64,000 nucleotides of DNA from an uncultured Actinomycetes bacterium (GCA_963847945.1 CAWKBX010000009.1:583915-647914); one strand, 5' to 3'; numbered from the stretch's first letter, positions 18,995-29,795 are shown. The notes: generated from the sequence alone by a model not told the origin. Numbers and translations are program-made.

Positions 18995-19735
18995 TCAGGT
19001 GTCGGTCTGGTCGGTGAGGGGGGTTCCCGCCGCGGGCGTTCCGTCAACGGTGCGCGCCAGATGACGAGCGGCACCCGAATGCTCGGGGAGCCACCCGGTC
19101 ACAAGGAACCGCACCCGCTCTCCGATGTTGACAGCGTGGTCGCCGATTCGCTCGTAGAACCGGCCGATCATCGCCAGTTGGATCGCCACCTGCAAATCGA
19201 TGGAGCCCGCCGCGTTGCTCTCGAAGATCACCTGGATGAACTGGCGATGCAGGTCGTCGAGAAACGAGTCCATGTCATCGATCGCCGCAGCCTTGGCGGC
19301 GTCGTTCTCGGCGTACGAATCCATCGCCGAAATGAACAACGACTGGGCCTGCTCGCTCATCTTGGTGATCAGGCCGCGCAGCTTCGGGTTGAGTTCGTGC
19401 CCATAGATGCGCCGTGCCCCCTTGCAGATGTTCACCGCGAGGTCGGCCGAGCGCTCTACTTCGCCGGCCATCTTGATCGCCGCGATCACGGCGCGCAAAT
19501 CGCTCGCCACCGGTGCCTGCAATGCCAGCAACTGGAAGCAGCGCTCCTCGACATCGATACAGATCGAATCGATCTCGTCGTCGGACTGGATCAACAGATC
19601 GGCACCCTCCAGGTCGGAGTCGAGCAAGATCCGCGTTGCCCGGGGAACCGCATCGATCACGAACGCGCCGGCCAGCATCAACTGATCGTGGACCTCACCG
19701 AGAGAATCGTGGAAGTGCTTGCGTAGCTCGGGCAT
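18995..19735 (-). CDS. phoU: phosphate transport system regulator PhoU
   Basis: Two PhoU repeats; the start ATG overlaps the pstB stop (TGATG). Confidence 0.9.
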   Translation of the reverse strand: MPELRKHFHDSLGEVHDQLMLAGAFVIDAVPRATRILLDSDLEGADLLIQSDDEIDSICIDVEERCFQLLALQAPVASDLRAVIAAIKMAGEVERSADLAVNICKGARRIYGHELNPKLRGLITKMSEQAQSLFISAMDSYAENDAAKAAAIDDMDSFLDDLHRQFIQVIFESNAAGSIDLQVAIQLAMIGRFYERIGDHAVNIGERVRFLVTGWLPEHSGAARHLARTVDGTPAAGTPLTDQTDT

Positions 19736-20649
19736 CAGCCAAACCGTCCCGTCACATATGCCTCGGTCCGTTCATCGGACGGTTGGGAGAACATCTTCTC
19801 GGTGCGATCGAACTCGACAAGACGGCCTGTACGACGATCGCTGTCGGGGTTGATCTCGGTGGTGAAAAACGCCGTGTAGTCGCTGACCCGGGCGGCCTGC
19901 TGCATGTTGTGGGTCACGATGATGATCGTGTACTCCTGCTTGATCTCCTGCATCAGATCCTCGATGCGCGCGGTGGCAATCGGGTCGAGGGCGGAACAGG
20001 GCTCGTCCATCAGCACGACCTCGGGGTCGATCGCCATGGCCCGGGCGATGCAGAGCCGCTGTTGCTGCCCGCCCGACAGACCAAGGGCCGAACTCTTCAG
20101 CCGATCCTTCACCTCGTCCCACAACGCCGCGCCCTTCAGCGACTTCTCGACGGCATCGTCGAGGTCAGCCTTCTTCGGGCGCCCATTGACGCGTAGCCCG
20201 AACGCGACGTTCTCGTAGATCGACTTCGGGAACGGGTTGGGCTTCTGAAACACCATGCCGATCCGCCGGCGGACTTCGCCGGCGTCTGCTTCGGGCCCGT
20301 ACATGTCGATGCCGTGATAGGTGACCTTGCCCTCGACGCGGGCGCCGGGGATCAGGTCGTTCATCCGGTTGAAGCACCGCAGCACCGTGGACTTCCCACA
20401 GCCCGATGGCCCAATGAAGGCGGTGATCCGGCCACGGTGGAGTGACAGATCGACTTCTCGTACCGCCCGGAACGCGCCGTAGTACACCGCGAGGTCGCGG
20501 GCCTCGAGCACGACATCATGGGTTTCGACGGGTTCTGCGGAGAGACCCGCCATCCCTGGCCGCAGAGGCCTGGCCGCGGCCACGCCCGATGTGGAAACAG
20601 CCGGTTCGTTCACGACCAACATCTCGTCGTTCCCTTCGTTGATAGACAT
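19735..20649 (-). CDS. pstB: phosphate ABC transporter ATP-binding protein PstB
   Basis: Walker [10 protein letters not shown], signature LSGGQQQRL, Walker B/D-loop; start at MSINEG. Confidence 0.95.
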   Translation of the reverse strand: MSINEGNDEMLVVNEPAVSTSGVAAARPLRPGMAGLSAEPVETHDVVLEARDLAVYYGAFRAVREVDLSLHRGRITAFIGPSGCGKSTVLRCFNRMNDLIPGARVEGKVTYHGIDMYGPEADAGEVRRRIGMVFQKPNPFPKSIYENVAFGLRVNGRPKKADLDDAVEKSLKGAALWDEVKDRLKSSALGLSGGQQQRLCIARAMAIDPEVVLMDEPCSALDPIATARIEDLMQEIKQEYTIIIVTHNMQQAARVSDYTAFFTTEINPDSDRRTGRLVEFDRTEKMFSQPSDERTEAYVTGRFG

Positions 20650-20653
20650 CGAA

Positions 20654-21553
20654 TCACCACGACTTCCGGAAGCGATTTCGTACGTAGATCGCCACCGCAT
20701 TGAGGGACAAAAGGATCACCATCAGCACAATGATGGCAGCCGCCGCCAGTGGCTTGAACTCCTGCTTCGACTGGCTGACGTAGTTGAAGATCTGAATCGG
20801 CAGGGTGGTGAACTTCGAGTCGAACCCCTCGGGATTGAACGTCACGAAAGTGAGGGCACCGATCATCAGCAACGGGGCCGACTCGCCCAGGGCTCGCGAG
20901 ACCGACAGGATGCTGCCCGTGGCGATGCCGGGCACCGCGTTGGGAAGCACTTGGCGTCGCACCGCCTGCCAGCGAGTGGCACCGAGCGCCAGCGCCCCTT
21001 CCCGCAACGAGGGCGGGACCGCCCGCAGCGCCTCGCGCGAGGTGATCACCACGGTCGGCAAGACGAGCATCGCCAGGATCAGCGCCCCGGTCATCACCGT
21101 GAAGCCGAGTCCGAGCGGGCCACGTGCGACGAAGGCGAGTCCGAGGATGCCGTAGACCACCGACGGCACGGCGGCCAGGTTTTGGATGTTCAACTCGATG
21201 AGCCGGTTGTACCAGCGGTCCTTGCGGGCAAACTCTTCGAGGTACACCGCGGCGGCGACCCCGATCGGGAGAGAAATCGCGGCCGTGGTCAACACCACCC
21301 ACAACGAGCCCCAGATCGCCGATTCGATACCCGCCCGCTTGGGCCGGGCCGACGGCATCGAGGTGACCAGTTCGCGGTTCAGCCGAGGACGAGCCTCGAC
21401 AAACACGTCGATGAGCAACGTAGCGAGCACGCCGAGGGCGATGCCGATCGAGGCGACGATCGCCCATTTGAACAGTGAGTTCCGTAGTCGCCGATCGCTC
21501 GTCATCGTCGATCGCAGATCGGTGACGGTCGCGGTGTCCTGTACTGAGCTCAT
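20654..21553 (-). CDS. pstA: phosphate ABC transporter permease PstA
   Basis: ABC permease with an EAA-like loop; start at MSSVQDT overlapping pstC. Confidence 0.9.
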   Translation of the reverse strand: MSSVQDTATVTDLRSTMTSDRRLRNSLFKWAIVASIGIALGVLATLLIDVFVEARPRLNRELVTSMPSARPKRAGIESAIWGSLWVVLTTAAISLPIGVAAAVYLEEFARKDRWYNRLIELNIQNLAAVPSVVYGILGLAFVARGPLGLGFTVMTGALILAMLVLPTVVITSREALRAVPPSLREGALALGATRWQAVRRQVLPNAVPGIATGSILSVSRALGESAPLLMIGALTFVTFNPEGFDSKFTTLPIQIFNYVSQSKQEFKPLAAAAIIVLMVILLSLNAVAIYVRNRFRKSW

Positions 21554-22449
21554 TCGTACGCCTCCCGGAATCGACGCACGATGCGCATGCTGATGATGTT
21601 GAGCACCATCGTGATCACGAACAGGAACGAGCCGACGGCGAAGATCGTCTTGTAGCCGACCGACCCGGTGGGCTGGTCCCCAATGCCGGCGAAGCCGATG
21701 AAGCCGGCCATCGTCTGCATGCCTTCGCCCGGATTCACCGTCAGGGCCGGCCTGCTGCCCGCCGCCAACAACGCAATCGTCGTCTCGCCCACGGCTCGGG
21801 ACCCGGCCAACACGACGGCAGCGACGATGCCCGAGAGGGCGGCGGGGAACACGACCTTGGTGCACACCTCGCGTCGGCTGCTCCCCAGTGCCAGTGCTCC
21901 GTCGCGCAGGGCCTGGGGCACCGACGACATCGCATCCTCGGCGAGCGAGGCGACCGTCGGCAAAATCATGATTCCGGTCACCAAGCCGGCGGTCAGCGCG
22001 CTATAGGTGCCGACCTCACCGACCGGCCAGATCTTCTGCACCAACTGTGGGGTGACGAAGTTGAGCGCGAAGAACCCGAAGACCACCGTCGGCACGCCGG
22101 CCAGCACCTCAAGCACCGGCTTGAGCACCTTGCGGACTCCGGGTCGGGCGTATTCGGCAAGATAGAACGCCGCACCCAGCCCGAGTGGGATGGCGATCAC
22201 CAGGGCGATCACCGCAACCCACAGGGTTCCGACGACGATCGGCCACACGCCATACCGCGCCGGCTTGAACAGGGGAGCCCAGTCGGTGCTCCCGAAGAAG
22301 TCCCCGAAACCGACATTGCTGAAGAAGTCGAATGCAGGTCGGGCAAGGGCAATAACGATCAACACGGTGATCCCGACGGTGACGATTGCCGCCGCCGCCA
22401 GGATCACCTTGATGATGCGTTCATACACATATCTGCCGGCGCGCTGCAC
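21550..22449 (-). CDS. pstC: phosphate ABC transporter permease PstC
   Basis: Six-helix ABC permease characteristic of PstC. Confidence 0.9.
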   Translation of the reverse strand: MQRAGRYVYERIIKVILAAAAIVTVGITVLIVIALARPAFDFFSNVGFGDFFGSTDWAPLFKPARYGVWPIVVGTLWVAVIALVIAIPLGLGAAFYLAEYARPGVRKVLKPVLEVLAGVPTVVFGFFALNFVTPQLVQKIWPVGEVGTYSALTAGLVTGIMILPTVASLAEDAMSSVPQALRDGALALGSSRREVCTKVVFPAALSGIVAAVVLAGSRAVGETTIALLAAGSRPALTVNPGEGMQTMAGFIGFAGIGDQPTGSVGYKTIFAVGSFLFVITMVLNIISMRIVRRFREAYE

Positions 22450-22538
22450 CGGTGGGCCGAAGGCTCACCGGTGCAGCGCCCGAGACGGGGGGAATGTTCA
22501 CGAGTTGGTTGTACTCGAAGTTGCTTCGGACCCGGGTA

Positions 22539-23609
22539 TCAGGCGCCGACGATTTCGGCGACTTCGGCCGCCTGCTTGGTCTTCTGGGCGTCGTCGAGCG
22601 GCACGAACAGCGCCTCTTCGATCAGCGCATCCTGGTCGGCGAGGAAGAACTCGGCGAACGCCTTGACCTCGGGGCGGGCGGCCGACTTCATGCTGACGTA
22701 CATGTACAGCGGCCGGGCGAGGGGGGTGTAGGTGCCGTCCTGCACGGTCTCGGTCGACGGGAGTACGCATCCGCCGCCACTGTCGATTGCCACGCCCTTG
22801 AGCTTGCCCTCGTTCTCGAGCAGGTACGACAGGCCGAGGTAGCCAAGGCCACCCTTGTCGCCGGAGATGCCGGTGATCGTGTTGTTGTCGTCTTCCGACG
22901 GGTTGTAGTCGGCGCGGCTGGCACCCTCTTCACCGTTGATCTCCTTGGTGAAGTAGTCGAACGTGCCCGAGTCGGTGCCGGGGCCGAACAGGGCGAGCGC
23001 CTGGTCGGGGAAGGCCGGGTCGATCTGGTTCCAGTTGGAGACGGTGCCCTCGGCCTCGGGTGCCCACATCGTGCCGAGCTGCTCGACGGTCAGGCACTCG
23101 GCCCAGTCGTTCTCGGGGTTGACGACGACCGAAAGGGCGTCATTGGCGACGACGACTTCGACGAACTCGATGCCTTTGGCGGCGCATGCCGCAGCCTCTT
23201 CATCCTTGATCGCCCGGGAAGCGTTGGAGATGTCGGTCTCACCGGCACAGAACTTCTCAAAGCCACCACCGGTACCGGACGTACCGACCGTCACCTGCAC
23301 ACCATCGTTGGCGGCCATGAAATCCTCGGCGGCCAGCGAGCTGAGCGGGGCCACCGTCGACGAACCGTCGATCGAGATGGCACCGCCGGCTGCGGGCTCC
23401 GCCGCCTCGGTATCTGCGGGCTCGGGCTCGGCCGCAGCCTCGGTAACCGTCGGCTCGGCTGCCGCCGCGGTGGTGACGACAGCTGCCGCGGCGGTCGTGG
23501 CCGCAGGGGCGGCGGGCTCGGAGGACTCGCTGCCTCCACACGCCGCTCCGAGCAGGCTGATCACTGCCACACCGGCGGCGAACGAAAGACGCTGACTCTT
23601 GATGTTCAC
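22539..23609 (-). CDS. pstS: phosphate-binding lipoprotein PstS
   Basis: GTG start at VNIKSQRL; lipobox LLGAACGG; Ala/Thr/Glu-rich linker followed by a PBP domain. Confidence 0.9.
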   Translation of the reverse strand: MNIKSQRLSFAAGVAVISLLGAACGGSESSEPAAPAATTAAAAVVTTAAAAEPTVTEAAAEPEPADTEAAEPAAGGAISIDGSSTVAPLSSLAAEDFMAANDGVQVTVGTSGTGGGFEKFCAGETDISNASRAIKDEEAAACAAKGIEFVEVVVANDALSVVVNPENDWAECLTVEQLGTMWAPEAEGTVSNWNQIDPAFPDQALALFGPGTDSGTFDYFTKEINGEEGASRADYNPSEDDNNTITGISGDKGGLGYLGLSYLLENEGKLKGVAIDSGGGCVLPSTETVQDGTYTPLARPLYMYVSMKSAARPEVKAFAEFFLADQDALIEEALFVPLDDAQKTKQAAEVAEIVGA

Positions 23610-23702
23610 GCTTGAACTCCTCTTGTGATCGCATTCACTTGGTTGATGAAACGAACCGTAGAAGTCCAAGTTGTCGGCAAGGGATGACGGAGATGAACAG
23701 GA

Positions 23703-23733
23703 GGTAAACGGATACCGAATGGTCGGTAAACGG
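23703..23733 (-). promoter_or_regulatory. candidate Pho box upstream of pstS: direct repeat GGTAAACGG x2 (CCGTTTACC on the coding strand), 22-nt spacing
   Basis: Direct repeats 95-125 nt upstream of the pstS start; same TTTACC core as upstream of phoX. Confidence 0.35.
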
Positions 23734-23834
23734 GATTCCGGCAAGCGGTGTGACCAGGCCGAATAGCCCATCCACGACCGGCACTGCGACTTATCCGCCC
23801 CGGCGACGGGTCGCCTCGGGGTGGTGTTGGCCCG

Positions 23835-25941
23835 CTATTTCGGGCGCTGGCGCTCCTCGACCCAGCGTTGCATCTGCAACTGGACATCGACCTCGCCCGG
23901 CTGACGGTGCCACTCGCCATCAGATTGCAGCTCCCAGCAGCGCACCTCAGCACCGAGTTGGAAATCGAACACCGAATCAAGCCAGAACTGATGGCGAGGG
24001 TGACGCACCGGTACCAGCGTTTCGACGCGGGAGTCCAGGTTGCGCGGCATCATGTCGGCCGAGCCGATGAGATGCAGCGGACCGCCGTCGATGTCTCCGT
24101 GACCGAACCGGTAGATACGGGAATGCTCCAAGTACCGCCCGAGAATCGAGCGGACCCGAATCGTTTCCGACACCCCCGGCACGCCGGGTCGCAGACAGCA
24201 CAGGCCGCGCACGATCAGATCGATCTGCACCCCCGCCTGGCTTGCCTCGTAGAGCGCCCGCACCATCCGCGGGTCGCCCAACGAGTTCATCTTCGCGGTG
24301 ATCCGACCGTCGGTGCCGAACGAGGCCTCGCGATCGATCAGCTCCAACAGCTGCGTGCGCAAATGCTCGGGGGCGACGAGCAGCGATCGGTAGCGCTGCA
24401 TGCGGGCAAAGCCGGTGAGATGGTTGAACAACTGCGTCGCGTCGGCGCCGATATCGGGGTCACAGGTGAAGTAGCCGATGTCCTCGTACAAGCGCGCGGT
24501 GCGCGAGTTGTAGTTTCCGGTTCCCAGATGAACGTATCGGCGCAGACCGTCGTCGTCGGCCCGCACGACCAGAACGCACTTCGTGTGGGTCTTGAGCCCG
24601 CTGAGGCCATAGACCACATGCACGCCGGCCTGTTCCAGCGTCTTGGCCCACTCCACATTGGTGGCCTCGTCGAAACGCGCCTTGATCTCGACCATCGCGG
24701 CCACCTGCACGCCTCGTTCGGCGGCGCGGATCAGGCTGCGGGCAATCGCCGAGTCGCCCGATGTGCGATACAGCGTGATCTTGATCGTCTGCACCGCCGG
24801 GTCTTCGGCAGCTTGCTCGATGAACTCCTCGACCGATGACGCGAACGACTCGTATGGATGGTGCACCAGCAGGTCACGCTCACGAATCACCGAAAAAGGC
24901 TGCGGCCGGCGGCGTCGGCGGTGGCGACGCGGCCGGCGGTGATGTTCGGCCACGGCTTGAACTTGATCTTGGGCAGATCGAGGGCGTGGAGTTCGTTGAG
25001 GAACGTCAGGTCGATCGGAGCGCGATGCCGCGTGACGTCGTCGAACGCCAAGTCGAGCTGGTCGATGAGGAGTTGCTCCACCTCACCGGGCATCTCTCGA
25101 TTGACCTCGAGGCGGACCGACCGGCCGAACCGGCGACGTTTCAACTCGGTTTCCACGGCGACGAGCAGGTCGTCGGTGTCTCCCTCTTCGAGGGGAAGGT
25201 CGGCGTTGCGCGTGACCCGGAAGGTCCACCAGCCCTCGATCTCCATGCCCGAGAACAGCGTCGGCAGTTGGGCAGCGATGACCTGCTCGATGAGCACGAA
25301 CCGATATGAGCCCGGCAGCCGGGCCAGCCGGGGAAACAGCGGCGGCACCTTGACTCGGGCGAATCGACGTTCTCCTGTCTCGGGGTTCCGCACCGAGACC
25401 GCCAGGTTGAGCGACAGGTTCGAGATGTATGGAAACGGGTGCGAGGGGTCGACGGCTAGCGGTGTCAGAATCGGAAAACCCGCTGTTCATACAGCTCTAT
25501 CAGGTGTTTTCGCTCGTCACCGGTCAGGTCACTCCACGACGCGATCGTGACACCTTGGTCTGCAAGCAACGGAAGTAGGACGTCGAGGACCAGCGTTTCT
25601 TGTCGCTCGACCAGCGGTTCGACGGCCGCCCGAATTGCCGCGAGCTGTTCGGCGGCCGACAGGCCATCGGGCGAAAGCGCCCTCGACCCGGCGTCTTGCT
25701 GACCCTTGAGCATCGCCACGCGGACCTGGAAGAACTCATCAAGGTTCGACGAGACGATGGAACCGAACTTGACGCGTTCCAGGAGCGGCACCGAGACGTC
25801 ATCGACCAGCTCAAGGACTCGGGCGTCGAAATCGAGCCAGCTCAGTTCGCGATTGATGTACAGGTCGGTGATCTCACCGATCGTAGAACGACGGTCGGCC
25901 ACGTCGCCGCGGTCTTCGGAGGGATGTAATGCGCCGTTCAT
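23835..25941 (-). CDS. ppk: polyphosphate kinase 1 (PPK1), split into 3 frames by at least 2 frameshifts
   Basis: Contiguous N-terminal, middle and C-terminal PPK1 pieces (ORFs 25465..25941, 24887..25393, 23835..24953); frame changes near 24920 and 25430. Confidence 0.85.
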
Positions 25942-25970
25942 CAGGCCATCACCTCCCTGTCAACTTCGAT

Positions 25971-26240
25971 TCAGATCTCGACGCCCTCGGGCAGGCCGAG
26001 GTCCCACTCGATGGAGATGCGTTCGCGCTCGGCATCACGCAGAATGCGTTCGCGATTGCGGCGAAACTGGGGATCGTCACGGGGAAGTAGCACGAGACGA
26101 GCCAACACCCGGGCCCGGAACTCGTCGACGACCGTGCGATCGCCGTAGTCGCCGTAGACCTCCCAATGGGGGGACACCGGGCCTAGGTACACGATGCGAG
26201 CGTGGGCTCGGGGCGGCTCGGTCGTCATCGTGTCGGACAT
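25971..26240 (-). CDS. hypothetical protein (co-transcribed upstream of ppk)
   Basis: Internal Met start MSDTMTTEPP; no family recognised. Confidence 0.35.
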   Translation of the reverse strand: MSDTMTTEPPRAHARIVYLGPVSPHWEVYGDYGDRTVVDEFRARVLARLVLLPRDDPQFRRNRERILRDAERERISIEWDLGLPEGVEI

Positions 26241-26554
26241 TTGTAAACGTCTCCTGGTCGGTGAAGTCGCAATTCTAACGTCGCAAACCAACCGATTCCG
26301 CGTGCTCAAACGTGTCTACACGCGTGCGCTCAGCTACCAACGAGGTATCCGCTGGGTCCGCTGAATGTTGACTTGAGCACTCTAAGTGCTTAGACCGACG
26401 CAATGGGTCGAGTGACCCAGTGACCTCAGAGGGCATTCCTGCTTGACTCTCGGTCAACGGGAACCACTGCGGCCCCCCGAACGTCTAGTAACCGAACGTG
26501 TATTTCCGGAAGTCGGGCGGACACCGGCGTGGAAAGAAAACGAGGAAACCCCCC

Positions 26555-26806
26555 ATGTATGACGACACCGAAACCAGCTGGATGGCCGACGGCAACTGCC
26601 GCAGCTACCCGCCCGCAACGTTCTTCCCCAGCGATGGTGTAGGCGTCGATCGGGCCCGGCGGATCTGCGCCACCTGCACGGTGACCACCAGTTGCCTGGA
26701 GTACGCCCTGGAGCAGCGCATCGATCATGGAGTCTGGGGTGGAGCCTCCGAGCGCGAGCGTCGTCGCATTCTCAAGCGTCGCCGTCTCGCCCTGTACATC
26801 GGCTGA
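26555..26806 (+). CDS. WhiB-family transcriptional regulator (Fe-S)
   Basis: Four-Cys pattern C..C-X2-C-X5-C, a GVWGG turn and a basic tail (RRRILKRRR). Confidence 0.85.
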   Translation: MYDDTETSWMADGNCRSYPPATFFPSDGVGVDRARRICATCTVTTSCLEYALEQRIDHGVWGGASERERRRILKRRRLALYIG

Positions 26807-26957
26807 GACTGCCCACCCGGTCCACTCTCCCCCGGGGGTGGTACCGGGAAGTAGCGGGTCGGGGAGTCGAAGATGGGTGTTCGACTCCTCGATCCGGTCA
26901 TCTCCCTGAGGCGGATCAGGAAGAGCGTCCGATGGGCGGCTCGGATACTGAAACAGA

Positions 26958-26994
26958 ATGAGCCGGCACCCGAAGGTGCCGGCTCATGAGTTTT
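26958..26994 (+). terminator. rho-independent terminator downstream of whiB (13-bp stem plus T-tract)
   Basis: atgagccggcacc-cgaa-ggtgccggctcat followed by gagttttcg. Confidence 0.6.
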
Positions 26995-27047
26995 CGTCGA
27001 GAACCGTCGGACGACGATTGCTCGGCGGGCGACTCGGGGGCGACGAC

Positions 27048-27227
27048 CTACTTGGTCTCGGTCGACTCCTCGGCGGTCTTCTTGCCGTCGTCGAGGCCCT
27101 TCTTGAATTCCTTCTGAGCCTGACCCAGGTTCTTGGCCAACTTCGGCAGCTGCGAGCCACCGAACAGGACGAGCACCAGGACCAGAACGATGATCATCTC
27201 CTGGGGCCCAAAATCGAAAGCGAACAT
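27048..27227 (-). CDS. tatA: twin-arginine translocase subunit TatA/E (59 aa; below the ORF-track size cut-off)
   Basis: Translates to MFAFDFGPQEMIIVLVLVLVLFGGSQLPKLAKNLGQAQKEFKKGLDDGKKTAEESTETK: an N-terminal TM with the FGxxKLP hinge, an amphipathic helix and an acidic tail. Coordinates may be off by 1. Confidence 0.8.
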   Translation of the reverse strand: MFAFDFGPQEMIIVLVLVLVLFGGSQLPKLAKNLGQAQKEFKKGLDDGKKTAEESTETK

Positions 27228-27290
27228 GGCGATTACGCTAGCACTCGTCGACGGATTTGGGTAGGGCGAAGGCCGATGTCACGCGAACGC

Positions 27291-27569
27291 TTAGGCCGTG
27301 ACGGCCGGGCGACGGGTGGTGAGGGCCCGCTGGCGACGGATGCGCCGGCGCTCCCGCTCGGACAAGCCGCCCCAGATACCGAACTTCTCGCCGTTGATCA
27401 AGGCGAACTCCAGGCAGTCGGAGCGCACAACGCAACCCCGGCAGACCTCTTTTGCTTCTCGTGTTGATGCGCCGCGTTCTGGGAAGAACAGGTCGGGATC
27501 AACCCCCAGGCAGTTGGCCTGGTCTTGCCACGACTTGTCTTCTCCATTGGCACCGCCGTAATGACTCAT
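27291..27569 (-). CDS. WhiB-family transcriptional regulator (second paralog)
   Basis: CLGVDPDLFFP...CRGCVVRSDCLEFAL, GIWGG, basic tail RRRIRRQR. Confidence 0.85.
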   Translation of the reverse strand: MSHYGGANGEDKSWQDQANCLGVDPDLFFPERGASTREAKEVCRGCVVRSDCLEFALINGEKFGIWGGLSERERRRIRRQRALTTRRPAVTA

Positions 27570-27648
27570 TGCCCTCGGCCTCCCTAGCTGTCGGCCAGAT
27601 ATCGAGGGTGGCTCGCCGTGCCCGAGGGGGCCCGGCTACCGCCACCGC

Positions 27649-27658
27649 TGTAATTACA
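27649..27658. promoter_or_regulatory. perfect 10-bp AT-rich palindrome TGTAATTACA in the whiB (27291..27569) upstream region
   Basis: An AT-rich island in a ~70% GC genome, 80-90 nt upstream of the whiB start; followed by ggtgcaatctttgcatacc. Confidence 0.3.
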
Positions 27659-27779
27659 ACGGTGCAATCTTTGCATACCACATGGGTGTTGCGCAATGGG
27701 GGATTACAAGAAGCGTTTCCCAACGCGCGATGCGTCGGAAAGATTGACCTGAGCGCAGCGAAATCTCGACGCTGCGCGT

Positions 27780-29795
27780 TCAGCTCGCGCGGCGAGTCTG
27801 TGACAGGTTGCGGCGATGCTCGATGAAGTCGACGAGCACATAGTCGCCGAGGTTCTCGGGGGTGGTAAAAAACGCCCGACCGCGGTTCATCGAGGTCAGC
27901 CTCTCGATGAACGATTTCAGGTAGCTGTTGGCGTCGAGCATGAAGGTGTTGATCCGGATGCCCTCGCGAGTCGCCTTCATCACCTCGCGCAACGTCTCGG
28001 TGATCGTCTCGGGGATCGGCGGGTAGTTGAAGAACACTTCGCCGTTCGGCTCGATGTGGGCGGTCGGCTCGCCATCGGTGATCATGATGATCTGCTTGGT
28101 ACCGGTCTGCTTGGCGAGCAACTGGCGAGACAGCAGAAAGCCGTGCTGCATGTTCGTGCCGTAGTCGAAGTCCCACGACACCTCGGGCAGCTGATGCGGC
28201 TCGATCACCCGGGCGACCTTCGAGAACCCGACGATGCCGAGATAGTCACGAGGAAACTGTGATGAAATCAGCGAATGCAGGGCCATCGCCACCTTCTTGG
28301 CCGGCAGAAAGTTCTCCCGCATCGGCATCGACAGTGACAGGTCGAGCATCAACACCGTCGACGAACGGGTCATCACCTCGGTGCGCTCGATCTCGAAGTC
28401 GTCGGGGGTCAACCGCACCGGAGTGCCTTGGCCCTGCCTGCGCAGTGCGTTACGGATGGTGCGCTGCAGATCGAGATTGAACGGGTCGCCGTATTCGTAG
28501 ACCTTCGACTCGTAGGCGCGCTCGTGTCCAATGCCCTGGCGGTCGATCTGATGTTGCCCGGCGTGGTCTTTCGAAAGCTTCGAGAACAGCTCGCGCAGCG
28601 CGTTCGAGCCGATCTTGCGCAGGCCTTTGGGGGTGAGTTCCAGCTTGCCCTCACGGGAGTCGATCAGCCCGGCATCTTGCAGTTGCTTGGTCAGTTGCGC
28701 CAACCGCTGCAACGAGTCGGCGGTGTGATCGCCGAGCAGATCGCGGACGCGGTCGATATCGGCCTCGGCGAGGGCGCCCGGGTTGGTGGCCCCCCGCAGC
28801 AGATTCTCGAGCTGGTCGAGGTCGCCAAGGTCTTGCATGGCCTGCAGCGACTCGTTGAACCCCATCGGGTTCGAGCCCCGCATGTTCTGCGACTTCTGCC
28901 AGCCCATCTGCGGATACATCGACTGCAAGTGCCGGCCGAGCTGGGAAGCCTGGAAGCTGAGATCCATGTCTTGCATGAGTTGCTCGTTGAGCTGCTGCAG
29001 CTGGGAGCGCTGCTCGGGCGTCATCGAGTTCATCATCTGTTCCATCGCCGCCATCTGCCGGGCGATCGATTCGAGCAGCTCATCGAGGGTTTGGGGATTG
29101 TCGGGGAAGAAGTCACCGAAGTTCTCCATGAACTCCTCGAACTTCGGATCCTGCCCTGCTTCGCGCTTTTCGATCATCTGATTGAGCGCGGCCATCATGT
29201 CCTTCATTCGGGCCATTTGCTCGGGCGAGGTGTTCTGCACCCCCTCGGTGACCTGGTCGACGAACTGCTGCATCAACTGCTCGCGCAGCTTGTCCATCAG
29301 CTCGTCGAAGCGGCGCTGCGATTCGTCGGAGGCAAAGTCGTAGCTCTGCAGCTCCCGCACCTGGCCGGCGAGATCGTTGGGCAGCATGTCGAGGCGGAAG
29401 TTGCGTTCCATCGCCGCCTCGTTGGACAACTCGGCGCGGCGCTCATCGCCAGACGCCTCGGCCGCCGCGGTCTGATTCTCGATCTCATGGCGTTCCTCGT
29501 CGATGAGGTCTTTCAGAGCCTCGGCGATCTCGGCATACACCCCGCCGAGGTCGCCCTGCTCCTGGAGTTCCTGGCGCTTCTGGCGCAGCCGCTCCATCAT
29601 CTCGCGCAGTCCCTGCACCTGGTTTCCGTCGCGATCACGCATGCCTTGCTGCAACAGCCGACGCAACGCCGAGTTGAGGTCGCCGTGATAGAGCAGATCA
29701 TCGGTGATCTCGTCGAAGATCCCCTCGGCATCGAGCTCAAAGCCCTGCTGGGAACCATCCCAACGCGAGTACCTAAACCGGGAGACCATGAGCAT
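27780..29795 (-). CDS. vWA domain protein with a long Glu/Gln-rich coiled N-terminal region (M. tuberculosis Rv0959-like)
   Basis: C-terminal vWA with MIDAS motifs (VLMLDLSLSM, IIMITDGEPT); size (671 aa) and composition match the vWA partners of ChlI/MoxR-like ATPases. Confidence 0.8.
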   Translation of the reverse strand: MLMVSRFRYSRWDGSQQGFELDAEGIFDEITDDLLYHGDLNSALRRLLQQGMRDRDGNQVQGLREMMERLRQKRQELQEQGDLGGVYAEIAEALKDLIDEERHEIENQTAAAEASGDERRAELSNEAAMERNFRLDMLPNDLAGQVRELQSYDFASDESQRRFDELMDKLREQLMQQFVDQVTEGVQNTSPEQMARMKDMMAALNQMIEKREAGQDPKFEEFMENFGDFFPDNPQTLDELLESIARQMAAMEQMMNSMTPEQRSQLQQLNEQLMQDMDLSFQASQLGRHLQSMYPQMGWQKSQNMRGSNPMGFNESLQAMQDLGDLDQLENLLRGATNPGALAEADIDRVRDLLGDHTADSLQRLAQLTKQLQDAGLIDSREGKLELTPKGLRKIGSNALRELFSKLSKDHAGQHQIDRQGIGHERAYESKVYEYGDPFNLDLQRTIRNALRRQGQGTPVRLTPDDFEIERTEVMTRSSTVLMLDLSLSMPMRENFLPAKKVAMALHSLISSQFPRDYLGIVGFSKVARVIEPHQLPEVSWDFDYGTNMQHGFLLSRQLLAKQTGTKQIIMITDGEPTAHIEPNGEVFFNYPPIPETITETLREVMKATREGIRINTFMLDANSYLKSFIERLTSMNRGRAFFTTPENLGDYVLVDFIEHRRNLSQTRRAS

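Noticed and set aside
26241-26248. tgtaaacg motif (similar to the GGTAAACGG Pho-box half-site) next to the 25971..26240 gene
   Set aside because: It overlaps the start codon region rather than lying 50-120 nt upstream, and has no second repeat at helical spacing.
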